From sequence record SRR22947725_5774: DNA of 53,065 nucleotides. One strand, written 5' to 3'. This document shows positions 29,892 to 40,420 of the stretch, in pieces. Positions within the stretch are counted from its first letter, which is position 1, and the number at the start of each line of letters is the position of its first letter. The notes beneath the pieces are model-generated. The model saw only the letters and a program-made list of their open reading frames with translations. It had not been told where the DNA came from and did not search any database. The position numbers were made by a program, and so were the translations under genes.

Positions 29892-31544
29892 ATGACTGAA
29901 TATCAACGTGAAAGTATGGATTACGATGTTGTTATTGTAGGTGCTGGACCTTCAGGTCTAAGTGCAGCAATAAGAGTAAAGCAATTAAACTCTGACTTAA
30001 CAGTAGTTGTATTAGAAAAAGGTTCGGAAGTTGGAGCGCATATCCTTTCTGGTGCTGTTTTAGATCCTATAGGCTTAGACCTATTAATACCAAACTGGAA
30101 AGACTTAGATCTACCGGTAAAAGTACCAGTAAAAAATGATAAATTTTATATCCTAGGGGAAGCTGGAAAGATTAAAATTCCTAATTTTCTAATGCCGCCC
30201 TTAATGAGCAATCACGGAAACTATATTGTTTCTATGGGGAATGTATGTAGATGGATGGCTGAATATGCAGAAAACCTTGGTGTAGAAGTTTTTCCAGGGA
30301 TGGCGTGTTCAGAGTTAATTTATGGTTCTAATGATGAACTTGTTGGCGTAGTAGCAGGTGAGTTTGGAATAAATTCTGATGGTTCTAAATCCGATTCCTA
30401 TGAGCCTGGTCTAGAATTACATGGTAAATACGTTTTTTTATCAGAAGGAGTACGAGGATCGCTATCAAAAAAAGTGATTAAAAAATTTAATCTAGATGAA
30501 GACTCTCAACCACAAAAATACGGTCTTGGAATGAAAGAGATTTGGGAGATTAATCCTGACAAACATTCAGAAGGAACTATAACACACACAATGGGGTGGC
30601 CGTTAGGTAAAAAAGCTGGGGGTGGGTCTTTTATTTATCACCTAGATAATAACCAGGTCTATGTTGGGTTCGTTGTCCATTTAAATTATAAAAACCCCTA
30701 CCTTTTCCCATATATGGAGTTTCAAAGTTTTAAACATCATCCCATGGTTAAGGAACTTCTTGAGGGAGGAAAGCGCATAGCATATGGGGCTAGGGCAATC
30801 ACAGAAGGAGGCTGGCAATCATTACCCAAGACAGCTTTCCCTGGAGGAGTTCTTCTTGGCTGTTCAGCTGGCATGGTTAATGTTCCTAGAATTAAAGGCA
30901 ATCATAATGCAATGCTTTCTGGAATAGCGGCAGCAGAAGCAGCGGTAACTGCCATTAAAGAAGGTAGATCAAGAGATACACTTGAAGCATATGATCTAGA
31001 GATTCGCTCTGGGATTATCTCGAAAGACCTGAAGCGTGTTCGAAATGTAAAACCATTATGGTCTAACTACGGTTTATTAACCTCTTTATTGGTCGGTGGA
31101 TTAGATATGTGGTGTAATAATTTGTTTGGTTTTTCTTTTTTAGGCACACTAAAACACAAAAAAAATGATGCTGAATCAACGGAGAAAGCTACTAATCATA
31201 AGAAAATTAACTATCACAAACCTGATGGTAATATATCATTTGATCGTTTAACAAATGTAAGCTTTGCGATGACTAATCACGAAGAAAACCAACCAACTCA
31301 TCTAAAATTGACAGATAATAGTATCCCAGTAAACGTAAATCTCCCCATTTTTGGGGGCCTTTCTGAAAGGTATTGCCCAGCTGGAGTCTATGAGTTTACT
31401 GTAGATTCCAATAACAACAAAAATTTTATAATAAATTTTCAAAATTGTGTTCACTGTAAAACATGTGATATTAAAGACCCTAGCCAGAATATAACATGGA
31501 CAACTCCTCAAGGAGGAGATGGACCTAATTATCCAAACATGTAA
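29892..31544 (+). CDS. Electron transfer flavoprotein-ubiquinone oxidoreductase
   Basis: RESMDYDVVIVGAGPSGL, GAHILSGA and the 4Fe-4S motifs CPAGVYE and NCVHCKTCDIKDP. ATG at 29892. Confidence 0.95.
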   Translation: MTEYQRESMDYDVVIVGAGPSGLSAAIRVKQLNSDLTVVVLEKGSEVGAHILSGAVLDPIGLDLLIPNWKDLDLPVKVPVKNDKFYILGEAGKIKIPNFLMPPLMSNHGNYIVSMGNVCRWMAEYAENLGVEVFPGMACSELIYGSNDELVGVVAGEFGINSDGSKSDSYEPGLELHGKYVFLSEGVRGSLSKKVIKKFNLDEDSQPQKYGLGMKEIWEINPDKHSEGTITHTMGWPLGKKAGGGSFIYHLDNNQVYVGFVVHLNYKNPYLFPYMEFQSFKHHPMVKELLEGGKRIAYGARAITEGGWQSLPKTAFPGGVLLGCSAGMVNVPRIKGNHNAMLSGIAAAEAAVTAIKEGRSRDTLEAYDLEIRSGIISKDLKRVRNVKPLWSNYGLLTSLLVGGLDMWCNNLFGFSFLGTLKHKKNDAESTEKATNHKKINYHKPDGNISFDRLTNVSFAMTNHEENQPTHLKLTDNSIPVNVNLPIFGGLSERYCPAGVYEFTVDSNNNKNFIINFQNCVHCKTCDIKDPSQNITWTTPQGGDGPNYPNM

Positions 31545-31628
31545 TATTTAATGATTGAGGTAAAAATAAACAAAACTTGATTTTCTAATTATGAGATTAA
31601 ACTTTAGTCTTTTCTCGGAAGCACTCTA

Positions 31629-33335
31629 ATGAAAAATACATCTTTCTTAAATTTAGTTTTATTAGTTGGACTGCTTAGCTCAAACGTAATGGCTAAAAAT
31701 AACAGTGACGGATTCGTTGGCCCTTATTTAGCAGCCAAGCACGCCATATCCCATTCGAATTTTAATACTGCCTCAAATTATTATGAGAAAGTTCTCGATA
31801 AGGACCCCACTAACCTTACACTATTGGGTGAAGCTTTATTTTCATCAATCGGTCAGGGTGACTTTAAGAACGCTGAGAAGATTGCAAAACATTATGTTTT
31901 AATTGGGGGTAAAAGTACTGCGTCAAACCTAATTCTAGATGCGAATTTAATAATAAAAGGCGACTTTAGATCTGTCTTAATGAACATTAATCGTAGCGGT
32001 AGGGCCAACCCCTTAACCGATAGACTTGTAAAAGCTTGGGCACTTATTGGTAAAGGGGAAATGACACAGGCAAAAATTGAGTTTAATAAAATTTCAAAAA
32101 ACATCAACTTTCAACAACAAGCAAGATATCATGAGGCACTTGCCGTTGCAATGGTAGGTGACTTTGAAGAAGCAGAAAAGATTTTCTCTGGACGAAAGTA
32201 TGGTGTCATAAATCTTGATGTTCGGGGTGTTGAGGCATACGCTCAAATACTGATACAAGTTAACAAGAAAAAACTAGCTTTAGAGCTAATTGAAGATGAG
32301 TTAAGTAAAAGTTTTAACCCACACTTCCCTTTAATAGATTTGAAAAATAAGATTCAAGAAGATTTATTAATAGAGTACGACTTCATTACAAACCCCAAAC
32401 AGGGCATTGCAGAAGTATACTTAACTATAGCTAAGTTACTTAAAAACAAAATTGAACATAACCAAGTGCTTTTATTAAGTAGGATCGCAGAATATTTAAG
32501 ACCAGAGTATCCTACCATTGTATTGCAGGTAGCAAACGTTTTAGAAAATTTACAGCAATATGACTTAGCGTTAGAATCGTATTCTTCTGTAAACCCAAAA
32601 AATCCAAACTATCTTTTAGCAGAGTTAGGGAGAGCAAGAAATCTTGCGCTGCTCAATAGGGAAAGTGAATCAATTGAAGTTTTAAAATCTCTTTCAAAGA
32701 GCCATTATGATAATGTAGTTGTTCATTCCTCTCTTGGTAACATGTTAAGAGAAACAGACCGCGATATTGAGGCGTTAGAAGCATATAGCACAGCAATAAA
32801 TTTAGCTAACCTTCGAAACCAACCACGTTGGCCAATATATTTCTATCGCGGCATACTTTATGAAAAGCAGAAAAATTTTGTAAAAATGGAAAGCGATTTT
32901 AGGGAAGCACTTAAAATATCTCCCAATCAACCAGATGTCTTGAATTTTTTAGGTTATGCTCTTGTAGAACAAAGAAAAAAATTACCTGAAGCATTACAAA
33001 TGATTAAAATGGCAGTATCTGAAAAACCAAAAAGTGGCTATATTATTGATAGTCTAGGCTGGGTATTTTATAGATTATCTAAATATGAGCTGGCTATAGA
33101 ACCTATGGAAAGAGCCGTAGAGTTGCTTCCTGTAGATCCTATTATTAATGATCACCTTGGTGATGTATATTGGAAGGTTGGGCGTAAACGAGAGGCTAAA
33201 TTTCAATGGAAAAGGTCGTTATCGTTCTTTCCTAATGAGGTGGATGCAGAAAGAATTCGTCAAAAGCTAAAGCTAGGGTTAGATGCAGTCCTAGAAACTG
33301 AGAAATTCATTGAAACAAAATTTGAAAACGACTAA
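31629..33335 (+). CDS. Exported tetratricopeptide repeat protein
   Basis: Signal peptide, GPYLAA, C-terminal TPRs (VLNFLGY, IIDSLGW, INDHLGDVYW); conserved position upstream of ispE. Confidence 0.88.
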   Translation: MKNTSFLNLVLLVGLLSSNVMAKNNSDGFVGPYLAAKHAISHSNFNTASNYYEKVLDKDPTNLTLLGEALFSSIGQGDFKNAEKIAKHYVLIGGKSTASNLILDANLIIKGDFRSVLMNINRSGRANPLTDRLVKAWALIGKGEMTQAKIEFNKISKNINFQQQARYHEALAVAMVGDFEEAEKIFSGRKYGVINLDVRGVEAYAQILIQVNKKKLALELIEDELSKSFNPHFPLIDLKNKIQEDLLIEYDFITNPKQGIAEVYLTIAKLLKNKIEHNQVLLLSRIAEYLRPEYPTIVLQVANVLENLQQYDLALESYSSVNPKNPNYLLAELGRARNLALLNRESESIEVLKSLSKSHYDNVVVHSSLGNMLRETDRDIEALEAYSTAINLANLRNQPRWPIYFYRGILYEKQKNFVKMESDFREALKISPNQPDVLNFLGYALVEQRKKLPEALQMIKMAVSEKPKSGYIIDSLGWVFYRLSKYELAIEPMERAVELLPVDPIINDHLGDVYWKVGRKREAKFQWKRSLSFFPNEVDAERIRQKLKLGLDAVLETEKFIETKFEND

Positions 33336-34194
33336 ATTTTTTGCACCTGCAAAGGTAAACCTTACCTTGCATGTAATCGGCCAACGGAAAGATGGACTGC
33401 ATTTACTAGACAGCTTAGTAACCTTTCCTAAAATAGGAGATACCTTATCATTTCTTAACAGCAAACAACACCATCTTTCAATTATCTCTAACGAAACCAT
33501 AAATATCCCAACAGATAATAAAAATTTAATTCTAAAAGCTGCAGGCACTATAAACAACAAATACTCAAGGCGTATCTTACTAAAAAAAATAATACCAGTA
33601 GCAGCTGGTATTGGAGGAGGGTCTGCTGATGCCGCCGCGACTATAAGAGATGCTATTAGTTTAGGGTATAAAGTTTCTCAACAAGACATAGTAAAATTAG
33701 GTGCTGATGTTTTAGCCTGCCTAGAGAGTCAACCTCTGAGAATGACAGGTATAGGGGACCATTTGAACTTAATTGAGCTATGGCCTAGGGATGGGTACAT
33801 AGTTCTAGTGAATCCAAGAGTTCCATTAGCGACAAAAGAAGTCTTTGCTGCACTAGAGCAGAAAAATAATAATCCTATGCCATCTCGTCTCCCTATATTT
33901 TCTTCATTTAAAGAGCTCGTTCACTTTGTTAGGAGACATAGAAATGACTTAGAAGAGACTGCCATAAAATTGGAACCAATAATAAAAAAAGTACTTTTAG
34001 AAATCTGCAAAAACAAAAATTGTCTAGTTTCTCGAATGTCAGGATCCGGTCCAACTTGCTTTGGCCTGTTCGAAAACTATTCAAAAGCTCATAGTGCCAA
34101 ACTACGTCTCATGAAAGATTTCCCCAACTGGTGGGTTGTTTCATCTAAGCTTACTGTCGATAAGTCAGAGCTAAGCCCTTTTAATTTACTCTAG
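33310..34194 (+). CDS. ispE: 4-diphosphocytidyl-2-C-methyl-D-erythritol kinase
   Basis: APAKVNLTLH, IPVAAGIGGGSADAA, LGADV and RMSGSG. The start may be the TTG at 33322. Confidence 0.93.
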   Translation: MKQNLKTTKFFAPAKVNLTLHVIGQRKDGLHLLDSLVTFPKIGDTLSFLNSKQHHLSIISNETINIPTDNKNLILKAAGTINNKYSRRILLKKIIPVAAGIGGGSADAAATIRDAISLGYKVSQQDIVKLGADVLACLESQPLRMTGIGDHLNLIELWPRDGYIVLVNPRVPLATKEVFAALEQKNNNPMPSRLPIFSSFKELVHFVRRHRNDLEETAIKLEPIIKKVLLEICKNKNCLVSRMSGSGPTCFGLFENYSKAHSAKLRLMKDFPNWWVVSSKLTVDKSELSPFNLL

Positions 34195-35176
34195 AAACAA
34201 CGTAATCAGAAAGCTCTTCCAATATACATTTTAATGGGGTACCGGGCATATCTGTTAATGCTTTTTTTGCAGTTTTTGACCATTTATTTGCAACCCGTTT
34301 AGAATAATTTATCGATGATCTGCTCTTTAAAATAACTAAAGCTTTTTCAAAATCCTTACTATTCTGATCTCCATCCACTATAGTTCGCTCCCAAAATTTG
34401 AGCTCTTTGTCATCTGCTTTTGAAATAGCGTGAATCATAGGAAGAGTTAGCTTCCTTTCTCTAAAGTCATCTCCTAAATTTTTTCCAACTTTATCTCCAT
34501 CGCCAATAAAATCAAGAATATCATCAACTATTTGAAAACACACGCCCAAAGCATCTCCATAAGAAGCCAATGCCTTAATGGTATCTTTATCTGCATCTGC
34601 AAGCATTGCTCCAACCTCCGTAGAAGCTGAAAATAATGCTGCAGTTTTTCCTCTGATAATTTTGTAATATACTTCTTCATCTGTTGTTATATCTTCAGAT
34701 GCGGATAACTGTAGAACTTCTCCTTCTGCAATATTTGCAGAAGCATTGGATAGAGTTTCTAAAACATCCAATCTTCCAGTCTCTGTCATCAATTGGAATG
34801 ATCTTGCAAACAAATAATCTCCCACTAGAACACTTGATGAGTTATTCCATAGTATATTCACTGATGATCTTCCTCGACGCTTTTCACTCTCATCTACCAC
34901 GTCATCATGCAAAAGTGTTGCAGTATGAATAAATTCAACTGTTGCCGCCAAATGGATGTTAAGTTCGCCTTGATAACCACATATTTTCGCCGCAGCCAAC
35001 GTCAAGAGTGGCCGCAACCTTTTACCTCCAGAACCTATCAGATGACTTGAAATTTCTCCTATCAGTGGTGCGTGTTTAGATTGCATTCGTTTTTGAATAA
35101 GTTCTGAAACTTTACTTAAATCATCTGCTAAGACCTCCTTAAGCTTATCATATGGATTAATAACTTTTTTTAACAT
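34181..35176 (-). CDS. ispB: Polyprenyl (octa/decaprenyl) diphosphate synthase
   Basis: GGKRLRP, LLHDDVVD...RRG, GKTA and FQIVDDILD. Confidence 0.9.
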   Translation of the reverse strand: MLKKVINPYDKLKEVLADDLSKVSELIQKRMQSKHAPLIGEISSHLIGSGGKRLRPLLTLAAAKICGYQGELNIHLAATVEFIHTATLLHDDVVDESEKRRGRSSVNILWNNSSSVLVGDYLFARSFQLMTETGRLDVLETLSNASANIAEGEVLQLSASEDITTDEEVYYKIIRGKTAALFSASTEVGAMLADADKDTIKALASYGDALGVCFQIVDDILDFIGDGDKVGKNLGDDFRERKLTLPMIHAISKADDKELKFWERTIVDGDQNSKDFEKALVILKSRSSINYSKRVANKWSKTAKKALTDMPGTPLKCILEELSDYVVSRVN

Positions 35177-35237
35177 CTTGAACTCTCTTTAATATTACTC
35201 GACAAATCTTCTTTAGTATCATTAATCTAATATTATT

Positions 35238-35456
35238 ATGCTAGAACTACTAAAAAGTAATAATCCAGCCGATATAGCTTTTGCTAAACATCTTCTTAAA
35301 ACAAGATACATAGAGGTGTTTGAATTAGACGTCCATATTAGTAATCTTGAAGGATCTATTTCTTTATTTCCTATAAGGTTAATGGTCTCTGACAAAGATA
35401 TAGTTCGAGCTAGAGAAGTATTAATGGATAATAATTTATTATTAGATAAAATTTGA
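35238..35456 (+). CDS. DUF2007 family protein
   Basis: MLELLKSN, LDVHISNLEGSI and PIRLMV; conserved position divergent from ispB. Confidence 0.8.
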   Translation: MLELLKSNNPADIAFAKHLLKTRYIEVFELDVHISNLEGSISLFPIRLMVSDKDIVRAREVLMDNNLLLDKI

Positions 35457-35457
35457 A

Positions 35458-36201
35458 ATGAATAATTTTTTAAAAAACGAAATTTCTCAAGATCTATTTC
35501 TTGGTGGACAGTTGTCAATTTTCCAACCACTAACCGGATATCGTGCAGCAACAGATCCAGTATTATTAGCCGCAGCGTGTCCAGCAAAAAGTAGTGATGA
35601 GGTCATAGAACTAGGTTGTGGAGTAGGAACAGCTTCATTTTGTATTTTTCGAAGGATTAGAGTAAGTTTAACAGGGTTAGAGATCCAAGAAAATTATGCA
35701 AATTTAGCAATAGAAAATGGATTATTAAATAAAATACCGATTCACGTTGAGATCGGTGATTTTAGAAAGATGCCAAAGAATATAAAAAATAAAAATTTTG
35801 ACCAAGTTGTAATAAACCCTCCTTATTATAAAACAGGTACGCCTTCAAAAAACCAAGGCCGAAACCAATCTCTAAGAATCACAAACCCTCTTTCTGAATG
35901 GGTAAATGAAGGGGTTAAACGACTCAAACCAAATGGCTGGATAACTATTATAAATACTCCAGAAAACTTAATTGAAATTTTAATCGCTCTAAGTAAAGGA
36001 ACTGGAGATATACAAATAAAACCGCTTACTTCCTCGCGAGATAAAACTGCAAATAGAGTGATAATTAGAGCAAAAAAAGGCTCTAAAGGTATCACAAAAC
36101 TTTATGCACCCTTGATAACTCACGTAAGTGAAGGGAATATTAAAAAATTTAGCTATGAGACTGAAGAAATTCTTAGAAGAGGTTCCCCACTTATCTTTTA
36201 A
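35458..36201 (+). CDS. SAM-dependent methyltransferase (TrmN6/tRNA1(Val) A37-like)
   Basis: FLGG, GYRAATDPVLLAA, ELGCGVG and NPPYY. Confidence 0.85.
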   Translation: MNNFLKNEISQDLFLGGQLSIFQPLTGYRAATDPVLLAAACPAKSSDEVIELGCGVGTASFCIFRRIRVSLTGLEIQENYANLAIENGLLNKIPIHVEIGDFRKMPKNIKNKNFDQVVINPPYYKTGTPSKNQGRNQSLRITNPLSEWVNEGVKRLKPNGWITIINTPENLIEILIALSKGTGDIQIKPLTSSRDKTANRVIIRAKKGSKGITKLYAPLITHVSEGNIKKFSYETEEILRRGSPLIF

Positions 36202-36224
36202 TTTTCATAATGTTTTATCTATTT

Positions 36225-37400
36225 TTAAAGTCTTTCAACGCACATAGCAACACCCATTCCACCACCAATACATAAGGTCACAAGACCTTTCTTTGCATCT
36301 CTACGTTTCATTTCAAAAAGTAATGTGGTTAAAATTCGACATCCAGAGGCTCCAATAGGATGTCCAATTGCTATTGAACCTCCATTAACATTTACAATGC
36401 TTGGATCCCAACCCATCTCTTTATTTACGGCACAGGCCTGTGCAGCAAATGCTTCATTAGCCTCAATCAAATCAAGCTCTTCTATCCTCCATCCTGCTTT
36501 TTTTAGAGCTTTTTTTGATGCTTCCACAGGGCCAACGCCCATAATGGATGGATCAAGTCCAACTGTTGAGTATGAAACTATTCGAGCCAAAGGTTCTATT
36601 CCACGTCTCTCTGCCTCCTCTAAACTCATCAATAAGGCAGCGGCAGCACCATCATTCAATCCTGATGCGTTCGCCGCGGTAACAGATCCTTCCTTCATAA
36701 ATGCTGGCCTAAGCTTTGTCATCGAGCTCATGTCTACTCCGTAACGAATGTATTCATCAGCAGTCACTTTTGTATCGCCCTTACGAGAGGTTATAGTATA
36801 GGGGACTATCTCCTCTACAAATTTTTCAGATTTTTGAGCTCTTTCTGCCTTATTTTGAGAGGAAACTGCAAACTGGTCTTGATCATCCCTACTTATACCC
36901 CATTTTTTAGCAACGTTCTCAGCAGTCTGCCCCATATGATAACCATTAAAAGCGTCCCATAATCCGTCTTTAATCATAGAGTCGATATATTTTAGGTCAC
37001 CCATTTTTTGACCTGATCTCATAAAAGAAACATGGGGAGATAGGCTCATACTTTCTTGCCCACCCGCTGCAACAATCTTTGCATCACCCAAGAGAATATG
37101 TTGTGCCGCAATAGAAACTGCTCTTAAACCAGATCCACAAACTTGATTAATTCCCCACGCCGAACTTTCTACAGGAAACCCTGCTTTTATGTGAGCTTGC
37201 CTGGCTGGGTTCTGACCTTGCCCAGCACTCAAAACTTGACCCATAATAGTTTCAGATATTTCTGATTTTTCGACTCCTGATCTATAAGCTACTTCTTCTA
37301 GAACAACTGACCCAAGCTCATGAGCCGGTACGTTAGAAAAAGACCCTAAAAAACTTCCAACTGCTGTACGTGCAGCCGAGGTTATCACCACGTTTGACAT
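36225..37400 (-). CDS. phaA: Acetyl-CoA acetyltransferase (beta-ketothiolase)
   Basis: [22 protein letters not shown] and LCIGGGMG. Confidence 0.93.
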   Translation of the reverse strand: MSNVVITSAARTAVGSFLGSFSNVPAHELGSVVLEEVAYRSGVEKSEISETIMGQVLSAGQGQNPARQAHIKAGFPVESSAWGINQVCGSGLRAVSIAAQHILLGDAKIVAAGGQESMSLSPHVSFMRSGQKMGDLKYIDSMIKDGLWDAFNGYHMGQTAENVAKKWGISRDDQDQFAVSSQNKAERAQKSEKFVEEIVPYTITSRKGDTKVTADEYIRYGVDMSSMTKLRPAFMKEGSVTAANASGLNDGAAAALLMSLEEAERRGIEPLARIVSYSTVGLDPSIMGVGPVEASKKALKKAGWRIEELDLIEANEAFAAQACAVNKEMGWDPSIVNVNGGSIAIGHPIGASGCRILTTLLFEMKRRDAKKGLVTLCIGGGMGVAMCVERL

Positions 37401-37492
37401 ATTTTTACTCCAAAAAACTTAAACTAGTTCTTTCCATTACCACTATCATTATACTTACTTTTAATTTTTAGTTAAGGGGGTCTAATGATGTT

Positions 37493-37567
37493 TGGCTGGA
37501 ACGGTAGGACTCGAACCTACAATCACCTGCACCAAAAGCAGGGGCATTACCATTATGCTACGTTCCA
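37493..37567 (-). tRNA. tRNA-Gln (anticodon TTG)
   Basis: Reverse complement TGGAACGTAGCATAATGGTAATGCCCCTGCTTTTGGTGCAGGTGATTGTAGGTTCGAGTCCTACCGTTCCAGCCA. It has a 7-bp acceptor stem, a GCAT/ATGC D-stem, a CCTGC/GCAGG anticodon stem, a GTTCGA T-loop and an encoded CCA. Confidence 0.95.
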
Positions 37568-37579
37568 TCAGTTTAGTTT

Positions 37580-37608
37580 GATTTAAATGTCTCTAACGAG
37601 GTCTGCAA
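37580..37608 (-). promoter_or_regulatory. Candidate sigma70 promoter of tRNA-Gln
   Basis: On the minus strand, TTGCAG-N17-TAAATC ends 12 nt before the tRNA 5' end. A -10 lacking the last T is common in alphaproteobacteria. Confidence 0.4.
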
Positions 37609-37658
37609 GTAGAAAAATGTTAATTGTCTCTTATTTATTCATGCGTTAGTACAACTCA

Positions 37659-38834
37659 ATGGATTTTGATGTTGTTGTCATAGGCGCTGGTGCCGCAGGT
37701 CTAATGTGCGCTATCGAGGCTGGGCGTCGTGGCAAAAAAGTAGCTCTACTAGATCATGCAAAAAAGATTGGTGAAAAAATTCGTATTTCGGGTGGTGGTC
37801 GATGTAACTTTACAAATAGACAAGTTTCAAAAGAAAACTTCATCTCATCTAATCCATCTTTTTGTATATCGATTCTAAAAAAATACACACCTCAAGACTT
37901 TATAGAAAGAATCTCTTCACATGGCATCCAATGGCATGAGAAAAAACTAGGACAGCTCTTTTGCAATGGATCATCAAAAGAAATAATAGAGATGCTAAGG
38001 GATGAACTAGTTGGAGCAAATGTCACCTTAATTTTAGAATGCAAAATACTTGAAGTTAAATTAACAAATAGGAAATATAATATTAACACCTCAAAGATAA
38101 AAATTATCTCAGATAATCTAGTAATAGCAACTGGAGGAAAATCTATCCCAAAAATGGGAGCTACAGACTTAGGTTATAAAATCGCTGAATCTTTTGGTAT
38201 CAATCTTATCAAGACAAAACCAGCTCTAGTACCCCTTACTTTCGCACCAGGAGAGCTTAAGACCATGTCACTCCTCTCAGGTAACTCCGTTTTTGCAAGC
38301 GCATCAAACAAGAAAATATCCTTTACAGAGGGACTGTTATTTACACATCGAGGACTATCTGGTCCATCTATTTTGCAAATATCTTCGTATTGGAATGAAG
38401 GGGAAACAATTACTATCGACCTTTTAAATGAGCATAATATCTTAAATTTATTAATCAAATTACGGACTCAAAATGGGAAAATATCGATAAAAAATGCAGT
38501 AGCAAGGTTTCTTCCAACAAAAATAGCAGAACTTATTTTAGATCAACTTGATGTCCAAGGAAATTTAGGAGATCAAAGTAACCTTACACTAGAAGCTATT
38601 AGACAAGCTATCCACGACTGGAATATTAAACCAACAGGTTCAGAAGGTTATAGAACTGCTGAAGTAACACTAGGTGGCGTAGATACTAAGGAATTGGATT
38701 CGCGGACCATGGAGACAAAAAAGATAAAAGGTTTGTACTTTATTGGAGAAGTTGTTGATGTGACCGGCTGGCTCGGCGGTTATAACTTTCAGTGGGCTTG
38801 GTCTTCAGGATGGGTTTCAGGGCAGGCTGTCTAA
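37659..38834 (+). CDS. HI0933/YhiN (BaiN-like) flavoprotein
   Basis: IGAGAAG, ISGGGRCNFTN, LFTHRGLSGP, AEVTLGGV and GGYNFQWAWSSG. Confidence 0.92.
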   Translation: MDFDVVVIGAGAAGLMCAIEAGRRGKKVALLDHAKKIGEKIRISGGGRCNFTNRQVSKENFISSNPSFCISILKKYTPQDFIERISSHGIQWHEKKLGQLFCNGSSKEIIEMLRDELVGANVTLILECKILEVKLTNRKYNINTSKIKIISDNLVIATGGKSIPKMGATDLGYKIAESFGINLIKTKPALVPLTFAPGELKTMSLLSGNSVFASASNKKISFTEGLLFTHRGLSGPSILQISSYWNEGETITIDLLNEHNILNLLIKLRTQNGKISIKNAVARFLPTKIAELILDQLDVQGNLGDQSNLTLEAIRQAIHDWNIKPTGSEGYRTAEVTLGGVDTKELDSRTMETKKIKGLYFIGEVVDVTGWLGGYNFQWAWSSGWVSGQAV

Positions 38835-39664
38835 ACTCTACAAGGGTTTTCTTTTGCTAGCTTGTCAAACTTCGTTAGACTATTAATTATGTCGGGCATT
38901 TGATCTAACGGGATCATGTTAGCTCCATCAGAAGGTGCACTATCAGGATCTTGATGCGTTTCAATAAATACAGCAGCTATTCCCAGTGAAACAGCTGCAC
39001 GTGCCATAATGGGGGCAAACTCTCGTTGACCTCCCGAGGAAGTTCCTTTACCGCCCGGCTGTTGTACTGAATGTGTAGCATCCATTACTACTGGGTAGCC
39101 TGTACTTGCCATTGTAGGAAGACTACGGAAGTCTGTAACTAATGTGTTATAGCCAAATGAAGAACCTCGTTCTGTTAAAAGGATTCTATCCGTCCCAGTG
39201 GATTGAACTTTCTGTACTACATTTTCCATATCCCAAGGAGCCAAAAACTGTCCTTTTTTTATATTAACAACAGCCCCAGTGTTTCCTGCTGCGATCAAAA
39301 GATCTGTTTGTCTACATAAAAAAGCAGGAATTTGGATCACATCGACAAGGTCTCCAACTAACTCACACTGGTTTACGTCATGTACATCAGTCAGAACAGG
39401 GCAACCTATTTCTTTCTTTACTGCTTCTAAGATCGATAAACCCTCATGAACTCCAACACCCCTTTTCCCAGTTAATGAGGTCCGGTTTGCCTTATCAAAC
39501 GATCCCTTAAAGATATAACCTGTGTTTGCCTCTCGACATGCATTTGCCATAAAATCGGCTATCATTAATGTGTGTTCCAAACTCTCTAACTGGCACGGAC
39601 CTGCAATTAATGTTAGTGGCAGATCATTGCCAAGCCTTAAGTCTTCAATAAAAACATTTTTCAT
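38831..39664 (-). CDS. kdsA: KDO 8-phosphate synthase
   Basis: IAGPCQLE, SFDKANRTS, QIPAFLCRQTD, KKGQF and DATHSVQ. ATG at 39664. Confidence 0.96.
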   Translation of the reverse strand: MKNVFIEDLRLGNDLPLTLIAGPCQLESLEHTLMIADFMANACREANTGYIFKGSFDKANRTSLTGKRGVGVHEGLSILEAVKKEIGCPVLTDVHDVNQCELVGDLVDVIQIPAFLCRQTDLLIAAGNTGAVVNIKKGQFLAPWDMENVVQKVQSTGTDRILLTERGSSFGYNTLVTDFRSLPTMASTGYPVVMDATHSVQQPGGKGTSSGGQREFAPIMARAAVSLGIAAVFIETHQDPDSAPSDGANMIPLDQMPDIINSLTKFDKLAKENPCRV

Positions 39665-39937
39665 CAGTGCTCCAATTTTTCTTTTAAATTTTCCAACATT
39701 TCGATAACACACTTTGTATACTAACAAAATTAAAGATTAAAACTTCTAATAATTAGGTAGTTCAACCATTTATAATTTATGGGTTTAAAACTATTTAAAC
39801 TATAGTAAAAAAACTTACTCGTACTCTTGCCAATTTTATAGTTAACAAATACAAATAGATAGCATATATTTTTGTATTTTAGACAGAAAATACTTAACTA
39901 TATTTACTAGAAATTTCGAAGGGACTTTGGAGAAAAT

Positions 39938-40420
39938 TTGAAAAATTTCGTAAAATTTTTTCTTCTATTTGGATTTTGGTTATTGATGTCTGGGATATTT
40001 AATCCACTTTTAATTATTTTTGGATTAAGTTCAGTTTGTTGCGTAATGATAATAATCAACCGAATGTACAAGGCTGATAATTATAACTTAAAAATCAAAA
40101 CTAACCCTCTGCAGTTTCTATATTACTTAAGCTGGCTATCATTCGAAATAGTTAAAGCAAATTTAAAAGTAACTAAAATTATTCTAAGTAAAGCATTACC
40201 TTGCAATCAAAGGTTTTTAAAAGTGAAATATTCTCAAAATAGTGATTTTTTTCAAGTAGTCTTTGCGAACTCAATCACTCTCACACCCGGCACTATTTCC
40301 ACTGAAACTGAACCTGAGTATTTTTTAATTCATGCATTAGACTATAACTCAGAAGATATAGATTCTTTAAACGAAATGGATTTAAGAGTAACAAAGCTCG
40401 AGAGTGGGAGTGCAAAATAA
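39938..40420 (+). CDS. mrpE: Mrp Na+/H+ antiporter subunit E
   Basis: FWLLMSG, EIVKANLKV and ANSITLTPGT; TTG start with a GGAG SD. Confidence 0.9.
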   Translation: MKNFVKFFLLFGFWLLMSGIFNPLLIIFGLSSVCCVMIIINRMYKADNYNLKIKTNPLQFLYYLSWLSFEIVKANLKVTKIILSKALPCNQRFLKVKYSQNSDFFQVVFANSITLTPGTISTETEPEYFLIHALDYNSEDIDSLNEMDLRVTKLESGSAK

